57,742 nucleotides of DNA, from IMG/VR virus record IMGVR_UViG_3300029286_002633; one strand, 5' to 3'. A program made the position numbers and the translations under genes. The notes beneath the pieces were generated by a model. That model had not been told where the DNA came from. It saw nothing but the letters and a program-made list of their open reading frames with translations, and made no database searches. The DNA is from an uncultured virus (IMG/VR IMGVR_UViG_3300029286_002633). Its lineage: Duplodnaviria > Heunggongvirae > Uroviricota > Caudoviricetes. The stretch's first letter is position 1; the number at the start of each line of letters is the position of its first letter. Positions 1 to 11,387 of the stretch are shown here, piece by piece.

Positions 1-1
1 A

Positions 2-3000
2 TTACTCACACAACCAGAATCACTCTATGGATTCACTGCAACAAAATATACATCAACACAAATAAATCTTGCTTGGACGAATGGAGCAGGTGGTGATGGT
101 GCATATATCGAATATGCAGTAGGTTCAGCACCCGCCCCATGGAACAAAGGCTCTGGAACAATGATTGATGCAGATGGATATGTGATGGGGGAAGCATTCC
201 CACATACAGGATTGACGTCAGGCTCACGTTACTATTACAAGGCATGGACGGTGGCAAGCGATGATGGTCTTTTATCAGATGGAACCACTAAAAAACCATT
301 TGGTAATACTTCAACCAATGATGAAACAACAAATAGCATTCCTAATGCACCATCAAATCCTCTTTGTCAATCACAAACAAATCCAACAAAGATATTTTCA
401 TTGACTCCGACATTTAGTTGGACTTTCAGCGATGACGATGGAGGAGATACACAAGGTGGCTATAACATCCGTGTAGGCACAACAGCCAATAGTGGAGATA
501 TGTGGAACACTACTGTTACCAGTGCATCTCAATCTGTCATCTATGCTGGTTCAACCCTCTCACGTGGTGTGACGTATCATTGGTCAGTACGTACAAATGA
601 TACTTGGGCAGGTACGATGGGACCATATTGCGGCGACCAGACATTCAAGATAAATGCAATACCATTCGCAACGCTTACATCACCTGCGGACACATCGACA
701 GGCGTAACACTCACACCAACTCTTGGATGGGATTTCACTGACACAGATTCAGATACACAATCCAACTACCATGTGCAAGTATCAAAATATTCTGCATTCA
801 ATTCAACCGTTATTGATACAAACACATCTGGGACATCAACCAGTTATCCAGTATCATCTTCTTTGACGAATGGGACAAAATATTACTGGCGTGTCAAGGC
901 AAAAGACGGCTATGAATGGTCTCCATTTACGAGTTCATGGTACTTCACAACCACTAACCTCCAAGTAAAAAACCTTACAACATATAACTCAAATTATGTT
1001 CCAACAACAACATTTGAAGTGAACCAAAAGGTCGTTATCCAATATAATGTGACAAATATCGTTGACATGAACAATACTTACATCACGATACAAGACCCGC
1101 TTGGAACAAAACAGGTTGACCATTCAGGTGTTTCTTCTGCAAAGCAAAATTTCACTACTGATACAAATTGGAATGAAGACGTCGCTAACAGATGGAACCC
1201 TGCAACAGATTTCTATGTTTCTTCACCAAAATCCTATCAGCATGGACGAAATGGTGGTTCAGGAACATATAATAACATTGCATTATTGAAAACATCAGTC
1301 CTTTCCAATCAAACTAATCTTACTGCTGAAGTGAAATGGTATGTTGATTATAGTGCTGAGGACATGCAACGAATACTTGTCAGATATAAAGACTCGAATA
1401 ATTACGTTGCATGTTACGCCTCAAGCGTATATTCAGTTCTTGGTGTTGAAGAACGAATAGGTGGCGTGCGATATTTCGAGGAAACATCTCGATTGTTCTC
1501 TCAAGACACCTGGTATACAATGAAACTGGTGTTAGAAGGCTCAACAGCCAAAGTCTACATCAATGACGTGCTTTTAGTAACAAAGACCCATCTTGCAACA
1601 ACAACTGCTGGGCGTGTCGGTATCGGTTGTGATTCTGGATGGATTTATTTCGATGATTTCTCCGTAGGGTATCCGAACTCACGTGTAGTGAAAGCAATCA
1701 CAAACGGGTATCAATACGAGTTCAACTACACTATTCCAAACAACGTCAGTTTGCTTGGAACATGGACAATCACCGCATCGGCTGAACAACTTGGACAAAC
1801 TGCACAGCAGCAGAAGACATTTGATGTTATTTCAACAGCACCCGTGGTTCTTAACATTTCTACTTTTAACTCAACATTTATCCCAAAAACAACTTTCATA
1901 AACGGAGACACCGTAATAATACGCACATGGGTTATTGATAAATATGGGAGTGCAGGGATAAGCGTCTGCAATGTCACAATCAAAAACCCTGCAAGCACCA
2001 CCAAGATAGATAAAGCGAGCATGTGGCGGTATAGCACTCTTTCCAATGGTGCAATCTATCAGTATAATTACACGATACCCCATGAATATGCATCCGATGG
2101 AGCATGGAATGTAACCGTCCGTTGCAAGAACAACAGGACTTATTCCACCACGTCTTACGGGTCATTCATTGATGATATTGGAGCACCGGATATCACCAGC
2201 ATAAAAACATATGATGCCTATTCAAATGAGAAAACTTTATTTAATTTATATGAAAAAACGAAAGTCCTTGCTACAATCACCGATGTGAACGGCAGGGGTG
2301 ACATCTCCCAGGCAAACATCACGGTTACATCACCAAGTGGCATTAAGATAATAGAGAATATGACAATGACCGACATTGGTGATGTGACCAATGGGAATAT
2401 CTATCAGTATACTTTGGACGCTCAGAAAGGGGATGTACAGGGACCAGTATGGACGGCAGGTAAATATAATTCCGGTTTGCAATTCAATGGAATAACTGAT
2501 GAAGTCGAAGTGCCGAACGATGAATCACAGAAATATCGTGGTGTTGGGGGATACACTATATCAATCTGGGCATGGATTGACCCGTCAGAGAATGATAATG
2601 GTTTTCTCGTTGGTAAACCATGGAATGGCATGGGTCAATATAACTACTACATCTATTATTCTCCAGTCTCCAAAAAGATTTTCTTTTCAGTGGGAGGTAA
2701 TACCTCACATTACATTTCAACGGATACAAATAGCGTGAATAAAAGCGTGTGGTATTTTATCACCTGCACGATGAATTCAACGAGTATGTCAATATACCTC
2801 AACGGCACCTTGAAAGCAACTTCATTGCATGGGATAACCGATTGGGTTCCTAATCCATTGTATGGCGACCAAAATCTAAAACTGATGTTTGGTAATCTCT
2901 ATCCCAATGAACCAGAGAGTTATTATCGTCTCGCTGGAAAACTCGATGACATCCGGCTTTTTAGTAAACAACTCACTCAGACCGAAATTAATAATCTTTA

Positions 3001-6000
3001 CAATAGTCATACATATATCTCGCGTGGACTCATCGGTTATTGGAATATGGATGAAGGATGCGGGAGCACAATCAATAGTTTGCCACAGGAATTCGGAACA
3101 TATACGACCACAATTAGGACAAACGATGCTCATTATACTACATCAGAATCATCGCATTTTGTTGTTGAATGGGCAGATACACATTACTATCATCGTGTAA
3201 AATTATCATTGTCTGAAAATTTCAGCATTGACCGGACACATGAACTAATGGGGACATCTCTCACATTACCAACAGCGGTATGTGGGGGCAACAATACGAT
3301 AAAAGTGGTTAATGAACGAGGGGAGGTCATGCCGTTTTCAATCTTAAAGAAATCTGGAACCACGTATTATATCGGTTACGTTGCGAACATCAGTGCTGAT
3401 TCAGACATTAACTATTATATTTACTATAATCTAACTGGGACGGCACCGTCCATGTATAAGACATTTGCCGATGCCGCAAATGATAATCTTACTTTACGTC
3501 AATCGAATTATACGCAGGTTTATGCATCTACATCAAGCAATATCACATATGGAAAAGCAGTTACCGCAAGCGACCTCACTGGAGATGGGAAACCAGAGAT
3601 AATATGGGTTGGTCGTACAGGGTCTGGTGCTGGTAACAAAGCGTTCCTTGGGGTTTATAGCACCACTTGGTCAAATCCTTATACTTGTTCGTTAACCAAA
3701 TTGGGTTATGTCGAATGGAACCAATCAGATAATCATGGGATGGCATTTGGCTATACGGTAAATGTCACTGATTTAGATAGCGATGGTGTGAAAGAAATCA
3801 TTACTGGTGGCTGTATCTATAATGGCACGAAAAATAAGGCACAACTGAGAATCTGGAATTACACCAGCGGGTCTATTCATCTTGAAAAAGAGAGCATCTG
3901 GTCTGATACGACCGCAGGAGATACTGCAATATATGGGCTGATTTGTTTTGATTCAAACAATGATGGAACAAAGGAAATCCTCACCGCAGGGACCACAGGG
4001 ACGAACAATGCTCGTGGACAATTCGCTGTTCACACATATACATCAAATGGCGGCAGCATAACGCACGTATTCTGGAATAACTATAGTCTTGCACCATCAA
4101 CCGGCAGGAACTGGACCGAATTTTATGCAGTTGCGGCAGGAGATATTTATAACAATGGTGGTCGAGAAATAATTGTTGGTGGAGATACATTTGATTCATC
4201 AGGTACTATTAATGCGATATTGAGGATTTACCGTTATTATTCAGGAACCTGGCATGATGATTGGACAAAGAACTGGTTTGACTCACAACTCAGTGAAGTA
4301 TTCTCAATCTCCATTGGTGATGCGAACATGGATGGGAAATATGAATTCGTGACATCGGGTAACTATTTCGATGGAATCAGAGATGTTGCTCAATATAAAG
4401 TATGGGGTTCAACTGGAGGTGGGTATCCATCTACATTAACTGCATTGGACACAAATAGTTGGTATACCTACGGGTATTCTTCTGCTCTCACTACATTAAT
4501 AAAGGACATCAATAAGGATGGTCTGAACGATATCGTTACCGTTGGTTTCCAGAATGATAATGTTGTTGACCGTGGAGATTATCGTATAAGAAGATACGAT
4601 GGAACAACCACGATGACCGAACACTCGGAACTCTGGATGTATGAATTCGCACGTCGTAGCGGTGATTTCTTCGATGCCGCCTGTATCTCAGATTTGAATA
4701 ATGATGGATTTTATGAACTCATTGACACAGGAAGATATGCCCTTACTCCACCAGCCGGTACATATCTTAGGGTTCAGTCAGTTAGTGGCGTGGGGCAAAC
4801 CGTATCCACGACATCTGATAACCACGGGCAGGTTCTTTTCCCGCAACCACCGGTCTTTGGAGCCGTTCAAGTGAACCCAGCGAATCGAACATCATCAAGC
4901 ATAGGATTTAATTTCACGAAAGCAAGTGATGCTAATTCAACAGTCGTCGTCTACAAGAAAGGAAGTTATCCCACCAGCGCCACCGATGGAACCATAGGAT
5001 ACAATGGAACGGGGAGTCAAAAGAACTTCACAGGGCTTGATGCAGGAACAAAATATTACTTCTGTTTCTATTCATGGAGAAACGGGAGCGGTGAATATTC
5101 AAAAGAATGGAGGCAATCAAGCGATTACACCAATCCAGGTGAACCAACTGATTTCGATGCGAATAATCCAACAGCCTCAAGTATAGACCTTGATTGGACA
5201 AAGGGGATTAACGCTACGACAACATATATTGTCAGAAAAGAAGGCGGATACCCTGCGAATATCACTGATGGGACATTCATCTATAATGATACTGGAACTG
5301 ATACAACAGACAGCAGTTGTGAATATGCCACAACATATTATTATCGAGCATGGTCGTATAATGTGACCAGCGATTACTTCTCAGCCCTCTATGATGAAGA
5401 TACCGAGACAACCACATCAGGACCTCCGGTAGTCCTAAGCAATGCATCAACAAGTGTCGAGGAGACATCAGCAACACTTATGGGTTATCTCAGTAACGAT
5501 GGAGGCGAGGCTTGCACAGTTGGTTTCTATTATGATACGACAACAGGTGGAACAGCAAACAATGTTTCCTGTGCTGGAACATATACCACTGGGCAGGAAT
5601 TCGGAAAAGCGATATCTTCACTTACCAAAGCGGAACTCTATTATTTCAGCGGCTGGGCGCTCAATAGTAACTATTTCGTTAAAGCGAGCAATGAACTGAA
5701 ATTGCTTACCAAACCAGATGCACCAACAAACCTTGACAGTACGCTTGATTACACTGATACAGACCTCACGTGGACAAAAGCGACAGGTGGGTCAGGTGAA
5801 ACCATCGGGACACGCATCCAATATACCACATCCCCCTATCTCAATTTCGATGGAACGGGCGACTATGTTGATTGCGGTAATGGTGCCAGTTTGAATATTA
5901 CACAAAATCTTACGGTGGCGGCATGGATAAATCCTACAATAAATAATAGTTGGTCGCAGGCATCCGTTCTCACTAAATACGATGCTGTGGGAAACTATCA

Positions 6001-7318
6001 ATGGAAAATCGGTTTGACAGATACAGGACAATTACGATTCGATGTAGCAAAAGCCGCAGGTGTTTTCTTATCACCAGCCAGTGGAAGCATACCAAAAAAC
6101 ACATGGAGTTACATTGTAGGTACATTCGATGGCAGCACCGGATACGCTACAATATACATCAATGGAATATCGGTATCTTCTCTTAACTCTTTGGGACCAT
6201 TTACTATACGTCCTGTAAATCCAAAATTAATTATAGGATATGAAATGTTAAATAATAGATATTTCAATGGCTCAATTGATGATGTCAGAGTTTATTCAAG
6301 AGTACTCAACAATACTGAGATATCAAATCTCTATCATCATATTGAACCAAGTAACACCAATCTACAAGGGTGGTGGAAATTAGATGAAGGAACAGGGGCA
6401 TCTGCGGCAGATAGTTCAGGGAAAGGTAATGCAGGGACACTTCAAGGCACACCAACATGGGTTACTACGCCCACCACCATCAATGATGGATTCAACGCCT
6501 ATAATGGTACATTGGCATCAGCAACAGTCAGCAATACAGAAGATTTAACCTACTCCTTTAGAGCATGGTCATGGGTAAAAGCAGCGACTAACGACTTATT
6601 CCAATGGTCAGACACCCATGATGCATACAATGTCACTATCCCACCATTGCCACCAAGCGATGTAAACGCAGAATCCATATCTTCAACAATTAATGTTACC
6701 TGGGTTAAAACTAAATCATCTCATTATACTCTCTTAATACGAAACGAATCAGGTTGGTCAAATTATCCATCATCTATAACCAACGGCACCATTCTCTATA
6801 ATGGAACAGCACTAAACTATTATCTTGATACTGGACTTGTTGAGAAAACCATTTATTATTACAGGCTTTGGTCATACAACAGCACAACACACCTCTACTC
6901 AACAAGCAGTGTAACCATATCGAACACAACTGAGCCGACATCATTGCAGATATCCATTACACCAGATTCACTGGATTTTGGTGTCATATCACTTGGCGAT
7001 GAAGCAACGACAACAGGAAAATATTTCAACCTCACGAACTTTGGAATGGAATGCGATATTGCTATAAAGTTCGGCAATAGTCAGAATTGGACCGCAGGAA
7101 CCTTCGCAGGATTGACACATAACATATTTGCTATGAACTGGTCTGATGATGAATGGTCAAGCGAGACTAACGTCAATCCAAGCACTGGAACTACTTTAAA
7201 ACTCGGTATTGCTTATTTGGAGCATTATCTTTTCGATTTAAGATTACTTACACCAATCTCATCATCAACACTTGATGAGCAAAGTTGGGTGATGACGTTC
7301 ATCGTCACTGCCTCGTAA
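2..7318 (+). CDS. Giant secreted multidomain adhesin-like protein, 5'-truncated by the window: FN3-like repeats, Ig/MG-like repeats, two LamG domains, a ConA/DUF1080-like domain, FG-GAP/VCBS propeller, C-terminal pilin-like domain
   Basis: Frame is open from base 2 (LLTQPESLYGFTATKY...), so the ATG at 161 is internal. FN3 motifs (YYYKAW, YYWRVKAKDG), LamG motifs (FNGSIDDVRVYSRVL, GWWKLDEG), DxxxDGxxEI repeats, C-terminal ...TPISSSTLDEQSWVMTFIVTAS. Confidence 0.9.
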   Translation, partial: LLTQPESLYGFTATKYTSTQINLAWTNGAGGDGAYIEYAVGSAPAPWNKGSGTMIDADGYVMGEAFPHTGLTSGSRYYYKAWTVASDDGLLSDGTTKKPFGNTSTNDETTNSIPNAPSNPLCQSQTNPTKIFSLTPTFSWTFSDDDGGDTQGGYNIRVGTTANSGDMWNTTVTSASQSVIYAGSTLSRGVTYHWSVRTNDTWAGTMGPYCGDQTFKINAIPFATLTSPADTSTGVTLTPTLGWDFTDTDSDTQSNYHVQVSKYSAFNSTVIDTNTSGTSTSYPVSSSLTNGTKYYWRVKAKDGYEWSPFTSSWYFTTTNLQVKNLTTYNSNYVPTTTFEVNQKVVIQYNVTNIVDMNNTYITIQDPLGTKQVDHSGVSSAKQNFTTDTNWNEDVANRWNPATDFYVSSPKSYQHGRNGGSGTYNNIALLKTSVLSNQTNLTAEVKWYVDYSAEDMQRILVRYKDSNNYVACYASSVYSVLGVEERIGGVRYFEETSRLFSQDTWYTMKLVLEGSTAKVYINDVLLVTKTHLATTTAGRVGIGCDSGWIYFDDFSVGYPNSRVVKAITNGYQYEFNYTIPNNVSLLGTWTITASAEQLGQTAQQQKTFDVISTAPVVLNISTFNSTFIPKTTFINGDTVIIRTWVIDKYGSAGISVCNVTIKNPASTTKIDKASMWRYSTLSNGAIYQYNYTIPHEYASDGAWNVTVRCKNNRTYSTTSYGSFIDDIGAPDITSIKTYDAYSNEKTLFNLYEKTKVLATITDVNGRGDISQANITVTSPSGIKIIENMTMTDIGDVTNGNIYQYTLDAQKGDVQGPVWTAGKYNSGLQFNGITDEVEVPNDESQKYRGVGGYTISIWAWIDPSENDNGFLVGKPWNGMGQYNYYIYYSPVSKKIFFSVGGNTSHYISTDTNSVNKSVWYFITCTMNSTSMSIYLNGTLKATSLHGITDWVPNPLYGDQNLKLMFGNLYPNEPESYYRLAGKLDDIRLFSKQLTQTEINNLYNSHTYISRGLIGYWNMDEGCGSTINSLPQEFGTYTTTIRTNDAHYTTSESSHFVVEWADTHYYHRVKLSLSENFSIDRTHELMGTSLTLPTAVCGGNNTIKVVNERGEVMPFSILKKSGTTYYIGYVANISADSDINYYIYYNLTGTAPSMYKTFADAANDNLTLRQSNYTQVYASTSSNITYGKAVTASDLTGDGKPEIIWVGRTGSGAGNKAFLGVYSTTWSNPYTCSLTKLGYVEWNQSDNHGMAFGYTVNVTDLDSDGVKEIITGGCIYNGTKNKAQLRIWNYTSGSIHLEKESIWSDTTAGDTAIYGLICFDSNNDGTKEILTAGTTGTNNARGQFAVHTYTSNGGSITHVFWNNYSLAPSTGRNWTEFYAVAAGDIYNNGGREIIVGGDTFDSSGTINAILRIYRYYSGTWHDDWTKNWFDSQLSEVFSISIGDANMDGKYEFVTSGNYFDGIRDVAQYKVWGSTGGGYPSTLTALDTNSWYTYGYSSALTTLIKDINKDGLNDIVTVGFQNDNVVDRGDYRIRRYDGTTTMTEHSELWMYEFARRSGDFFDAACISDLNNDGFYELIDTGRYALTPPAGTYLRVQSVSGVGQTVSTTSDNHGQVLFPQPPVFGAVQVNPANRTSSSIGFNFTKASDANSTVVVYKKGSYPTSATDGTIGYNGTGSQKNFTGLDAGTKYYFCFYSWRNGSGEYSKEWRQSSDYTNPGEPTDFDANNPTASSIDLDWTKGINATTTYIVRKEGGYPANITDGTFIYNDTGTDTTDSSCEYATTYYYRAWSYNVTSDYFSALYDEDTETTTSGPPVVLSNASTSVEETSATLMGYLSNDGGEACTVGFYYDTTTGGTANNVSCAGTYTTGQEFGKAISSLTKAELYYFSGWALNSNYFVKASNELKLLTKPDAPTNLDSTLDYTDTDLTWTKATGGSGETIGTRIQYTTSPYLNFDGTGDYVDCGNGASLNITQNLTVAAWINPTINNSWSQASVLTKYDAVGNYQWKIGLTDTGQLRFDVAKAAGVFLSPASGSIPKNTWSYIVGTFDGSTGYATIYINGISVSSLNSLGPFTIRPVNPKLIIGYEMLNNRYFNGSIDDVRVYSRVLNNTEISNLYHHIEPSNTNLQGWWKLDEGTGASAADSSGKGNAGTLQGTPTWVTTPTTINDGFNAYNGTLASATVSNTEDLTYSFRAWSWVKAATNDLFQWSDTHDAYNVTIPPLPPSDVNAESISSTINVTWVKTKSSHYTLLIRNESGWSNYPSSITNGTILYNGTALNYYLDTGLVEKTIYYYRLWSYNSTTHLYSTSSVTISNTTEPTSLQISITPDSLDFGVISLGDEATTTGKYFNLTNFGMECDIAIKFGNSQNWTAGTFAGLTHNIFAMNWSDDEWSSETNVNPSTGTTLKLGIAYLEHYLFDLRLLTPISSSTLDEQSWVMTFIVTAS

Positions 7319-7333
7319 TGAAATAGTGAAAAT

Positions 7334-9859
7334 ATGATATCGAAACTGAATAAAAAAATAGTAATCTTCCTTTTATCCTTAGTGTTAATCATGACAGGCA
7401 TGCCATTTAACGTCAACAATACCGTAAAAGCCGGAGTCTCAAACTGGTATAGCCAGCATTGGGATTATTCAAAGAAGATAGTCATCGACCACACCAAGGT
7501 TTCGGCTACATTGACAAACTTCCCGGTATTGATTGATAACATTTCTGCGAGTTTCAGCCATGCTCAGGCAGATGGTGATGATTTTGTGTTTGTCGCTGCC
7601 AATAATGTAACGAAGTACAACCATGAGATTGAATCTTTTGCTTCTAATCATCTGGTTGCATGGGTGAATGTCATAAGTTTGAGTTCGACAGTTGATACGG
7701 TCATCTGGCTTTATTATGGTAATCCAAGTTGCAGTAGTCAACAGAATAAAGTTGGGACTTGGGATGCAAACTATGTGATGGTTCAGCACATGAATGATGT
7801 TACAACATCAACCATCTTGGATTCGACATCAAATGCGAACAACGGCGCAAAGAAAGCAGCGAACGAACCAATTGTGACAACATCTGGTAAGATTGGATGT
7901 GGACAGTATTTTGATGGTATAAATGACTATATTGATATCACCGGGGCTAGTGATACACGATTACAAGGAAATGTTTATACTTTTTCAACTTGGATGTATA
8001 TTATAAAAACAGGAGCGAATGATTATTCTGAATTATATTCTGTTGTTGGTTATGGTTCTGGACGAACAGGGATAAAATATGGGGATGGAAATGCAATAGG
8101 TATGGATGCAAATGCAGATTTTTACGGCATCAAGGTTGCAACTGAAAATTTAAAACTCGGTTGGCATCAGATTACTGCAATTATCAATCGTACTGATACC
8201 ATGTTCTTAGTTTATGTAGATGGAACCTACAAAGGGAACGATACGTTTACTACCTATACTCCAGCATGCACAGGTGTAAGAATAGGTGGAAATCAATTAA
8301 CTGGAAATCCTTTAGACTACACAAATGGAACAATTGATGAAACAAGACTGTCAAATGTAGTACGGAGCGCATCATGGATTTCAACGGAATACAATAATCA
8401 GGACTCGCCGTCAACTTTCTTAACCGTTGGTAACGAACAATCAAGACCTGTGAATTGGTATAACCATAATTGGTTCTATTCAAAGAAGATAGTCATCGAC
8501 CACACCAAGGTTTCAGCGACATTGACAAACTTCCCGGTATTGATTGACAACACCTCTGCGAGTTTCAGTAACGCTCAAGCAGATGGTGATGATTTTGTGT
8601 TTGTCGCTGCCAATAACATAACGAAATACAACCATGAGATTGAATCTTTTGCTTCCAATCATCTGGTTGCCTGGGTGAACGTGACAAGTCTCTCAAGCAC
8701 CGAGGATACAGTTATCTATATGTATTATGGAAATACTATATGTTCAAATCAAGAAAACCCAACAGGAGTTTGGGATGCTAATTACACAGCGGTTTGGCAT
8801 ATGGATGATTTAACAACTTCAACTATTGATGATTCAACATCTTATAATCACGATGGAACAAAAGCAGGTGCAAATACGCCTTATGAGGCAGATGGGACCA
8901 TCGGTAAAGCACAGGCATGTCATGAGGATGGTATTGCAACTTTTGAACCATATCTCAATAATAGCAAATTCACCATAAATTTTTGGTACAAAAAAACTGG
9001 TTCTCACTATGGTGATGGCGGGACTTTAGTGTGCCAAAGAATAAATCCTGATTTAACTATAAGTCTATGGAGAATTACTGAGGCGAAGCATAATTTAATA
9101 GCATATGGTTGCAAAAATGGTATAGCAAATAAACTTTGGAATAATTTAGCGATTACTGGTGTTTCAAACAACACTTGGCACTATGTTTCACTTGTCAGCA
9201 ATCATACCCATATCACTTTATATTGTGATGGACAAAGTAGCACAGTATCTTTTGATAATCCAATACCTGACATGAGTTCAGATGCTAACCATTATAGGCT
9301 GGCTAAATCAGAAGGATATTCATATTATGGCTTGTGGGGTCTTCTTGATGAATCTCGTGTAAGCAATACTAATAGAAATTCATCTTGGCTATTGGCAGAA
9401 TATTATAATCAGAACTCATCATCTACTTTTTACACGCTCGGTTCTGAAGACTCTCCTTCCGTTGATGTATCATTATCTGTCACTCCGTCTGCCGAGGCAA
9501 ACATAACTGTGGAACCAGGGACTTGGGATGGTGGTGGAGCAAACATTGGTGAGAACGCTTCGACTGCGACAAACGCATTCTGGCTGAATAACACTGGTCT
9601 TATTCAAGTCGATGTCACTATCAGCGCCTCAAACACAAGTGCATGGCATCCAGGAACATCACCAGGGCATAATCAGTTCCAATTACAATACGGTATCGTC
9701 TCCTCGTGGACAAATATCACAGAAGCCCCTCTTTCCTTCATCAATAATCTTGCCTGGGATGAATATCAACAATTCGGTCTTAAACTGTATATGCCTACTT
9801 CATCAAGCACGAATGCCGAACAGACAGCAACAATCACGTTTGAGGCAACAGTAGATTAA
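7334..9859 (+). CDS. Secreted protein: signal peptide, 2x (DUF2341-like + LamG), C-terminal pilin-like domain
   Basis: WYxxxWxYSKKIVIDHTKV...NFPVLI...WVNV...YYGN twice; IDETRLSNVVRSASWI-type LamG ends; C-terminal QFGLKLYMPTSSST...ITFEATVD. Confidence 0.88.
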   Translation: MISKLNKKIVIFLLSLVLIMTGMPFNVNNTVKAGVSNWYSQHWDYSKKIVIDHTKVSATLTNFPVLIDNISASFSHAQADGDDFVFVAANNVTKYNHEIESFASNHLVAWVNVISLSSTVDTVIWLYYGNPSCSSQQNKVGTWDANYVMVQHMNDVTTSTILDSTSNANNGAKKAANEPIVTTSGKIGCGQYFDGINDYIDITGASDTRLQGNVYTFSTWMYIIKTGANDYSELYSVVGYGSGRTGIKYGDGNAIGMDANADFYGIKVATENLKLGWHQITAIINRTDTMFLVYVDGTYKGNDTFTTYTPACTGVRIGGNQLTGNPLDYTNGTIDETRLSNVVRSASWISTEYNNQDSPSTFLTVGNEQSRPVNWYNHNWFYSKKIVIDHTKVSATLTNFPVLIDNTSASFSNAQADGDDFVFVAANNITKYNHEIESFASNHLVAWVNVTSLSSTEDTVIYMYYGNTICSNQENPTGVWDANYTAVWHMDDLTTSTIDDSTSYNHDGTKAGANTPYEADGTIGKAQACHEDGIATFEPYLNNSKFTINFWYKKTGSHYGDGGTLVCQRINPDLTISLWRITEAKHNLIAYGCKNGIANKLWNNLAITGVSNNTWHYVSLVSNHTHITLYCDGQSSTVSFDNPIPDMSSDANHYRLAKSEGYSYYGLWGLLDESRVSNTNRNSSWLLAEYYNQNSSSTFYTLGSEDSPSVDVSLSVTPSAEANITVEPGTWDGGGANIGENASTATNAFWLNNTGLIQVDVTISASNTSAWHPGTSPGHNQFQLQYGIVSSWTNITEAPLSFINNLAWDEYQQFGLKLYMPTSSSTNAEQTATITFEATVD
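7466..8679 (+). repeat. Internal ~203-nt duplication (7466-7668 and 8477-8679) encoding the DUF2341-like modules
   Basis: Manual alignment: about 14 mismatches in ~203 nt, offset 1011 nt (in frame). Confidence 0.9.
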
Positions 9860-9871
9860 GGAGAAAAATAA

Positions 9872-11254
9872 ATGAATAATAACATAAAAAGAATCCTCAT
9901 ACTATTCATCGCATTTATCCTTATTCCATTTGCTGTGCCTGTATCATCTGATACAGATACAATCGGAATTTATCTGACGCCAGGGGGCACCATCTCCATT
10001 GTTGTGAATCAAACAGCATGGGGTCCTATCTGTGGTCTTAGCGAAGAGAATATCACTGATTTCACCTGGGCAAACATCACTAACGAAGGAAACATATATG
10101 TTGATGTTACCGTGAATGCAACAGATACATCATCATGGGAACCATCAACAGCACCATCCCATAACAAATTCCAGTTGAGCATAGGCATGGAAATACCCTC
10201 TCCCACTGATTACATCTATGCTGGTGGTTTGGGAGGGGAAGTTCATCGGTATATCCCGTCTAACATGTCAAAAAAAGATGAAGCATCGTATAGTGGCAAT
10301 GTCATGGGTCTTGCAGCAGATGAGACATACATCTATGCTGGTGGTAGTGCTAATAACTTTACACAATATTGGAAATCAAACATGACTATGAAAGGAACAG
10401 CAGCCTATGGTGCTGTTGTATTAGATATTCAGGTTGATTCTGATTATATCTATGTGGTCGGAGAAGGGAACAGAGTCCGTAAGTATTGGAAAACCAATCT
10501 CACGCAGAAAGCAGTTTCTGGAGATTATAACGGCGACTTATACACTGTCTGTGTTGATGATACCTATGTCTACGCTGGTGGTGCAGTCGGTATATATCCA
10601 CATGTAGGGAGTTCTACGTATCAGTACTGGAAAACCAATCTCACGCAGAAAGCAAACACAGCATCATATGGAGGAGCAATCGAAGCAATCATTGAAGATA
10701 CTACCTACATCTATGTCGCAGGTGGAAATATTGACAAGGTTTATCAGTATTGGAAAAGCAATCTGACGAAGAAAGCAGAGAGTGTAGCCTACGGTTCACC
10801 ATCATATACCATCTGGGCGTTGGCAGATGACGACACGTATGTCTATGCCGGCGGCATGATAGTTGATAGAGTCTATCAGATTTGGAAAAGCAATATGACC
10901 AAAAAAACTGAGACTGCCAGAATCGGTTACAACATCTATCAAGTAGCCCAGATAAATGGATATGTGTATGCTGGCTGCCAAAACGGTGTGCTTAAACAAT
11001 ACTGGTCATCGAACATGACTGTCAGAAACACTGCATATTATGGTTCGGATATCCGTGGTCTTGCCTGTTCAACATCTGAACAAGGGGAATTGGTGGAAAC
11101 ATGGACTAACCTTCTGAACTCTCCAACGACGCTCATAGGCGATTTTCCATGTGATGAGCCAAAACAATTCGGATTACATGTTGATATGCCAACTTCATCA
11201 AGCACAAACGCTAATCAGACAACGATTATAACCTTTACCGCAACAGCAGACTAA
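9872..11254 (+). CDS. Secreted pilin-like protein whose domain is split by an inserted ~7-blade beta-propeller (YxYAGG...YWKSN repeats)
   Basis: Residues up to HNKFQLSIG and the last ~50 residues align with the small subunits at 11388 and 12035; about seven ~40-aa repeats lie between. Confidence 0.85.
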   Translation: MNNNIKRILILFIAFILIPFAVPVSSDTDTIGIYLTPGGTISIVVNQTAWGPICGLSEENITDFTWANITNEGNIYVDVTVNATDTSSWEPSTAPSHNKFQLSIGMEIPSPTDYIYAGGLGGEVHRYIPSNMSKKDEASYSGNVMGLAADETYIYAGGSANNFTQYWKSNMTMKGTAAYGAVVLDIQVDSDYIYVVGEGNRVRKYWKTNLTQKAVSGDYNGDLYTVCVDDTYVYAGGAVGIYPHVGSSTYQYWKTNLTQKANTASYGGAIEAIIEDTTYIYVAGGNIDKVYQYWKSNLTKKAESVAYGSPSYTIWALADDDTYVYAGGMIVDRVYQIWKSNMTKKTETARIGYNIYQVAQINGYVYAGCQNGVLKQYWSSNMTVRNTAYYGSDIRGLACSTSEQGELVETWTNLLNSPTTLIGDFPCDEPKQFGLHVDMPTSSSTNANQTTIITFTATAD

Positions 11255-11266
11255 ACCCCATAGAAT

Positions 11267-11294
11267 GTATACCTATTTGACGTAGAGTATTTAA
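11267..11294 (+). promoter_or_regulatory. GTATAC-N15-TATTTAA promoter of the small subunit gene
   Basis: gtatac ctatttgacgtagag tatttaa; nearly identical to the copy at 13377. Confidence 0.75.
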
Positions 11295-11324
11295 ATTTAC
11301 CAACCAATACAAATAACAGTATCA

Positions 11325-11368
11325 ACGAGCACGACGGGAAAGCAAGAAATCCTACTATCGTGCAGGGT
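11325..11368 (+). repeat. Conserved stem-loop motif, copy 1 (ACGA-stem...CCTA-stem-ARGG)
   Basis: GCACGA (11329-34) pairs with TCGTGC (11358-63). Confidence 0.75.
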
Positions 11369-11387
11369 AAGAATAGAGGTGAAAATA

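Noticed and set aside
7466..8679. Diversity-generating retroelement TR/VR pair
   Set aside because: Mismatches are mostly synonymous and not adenine-specific; no reverse transcriptase in the window
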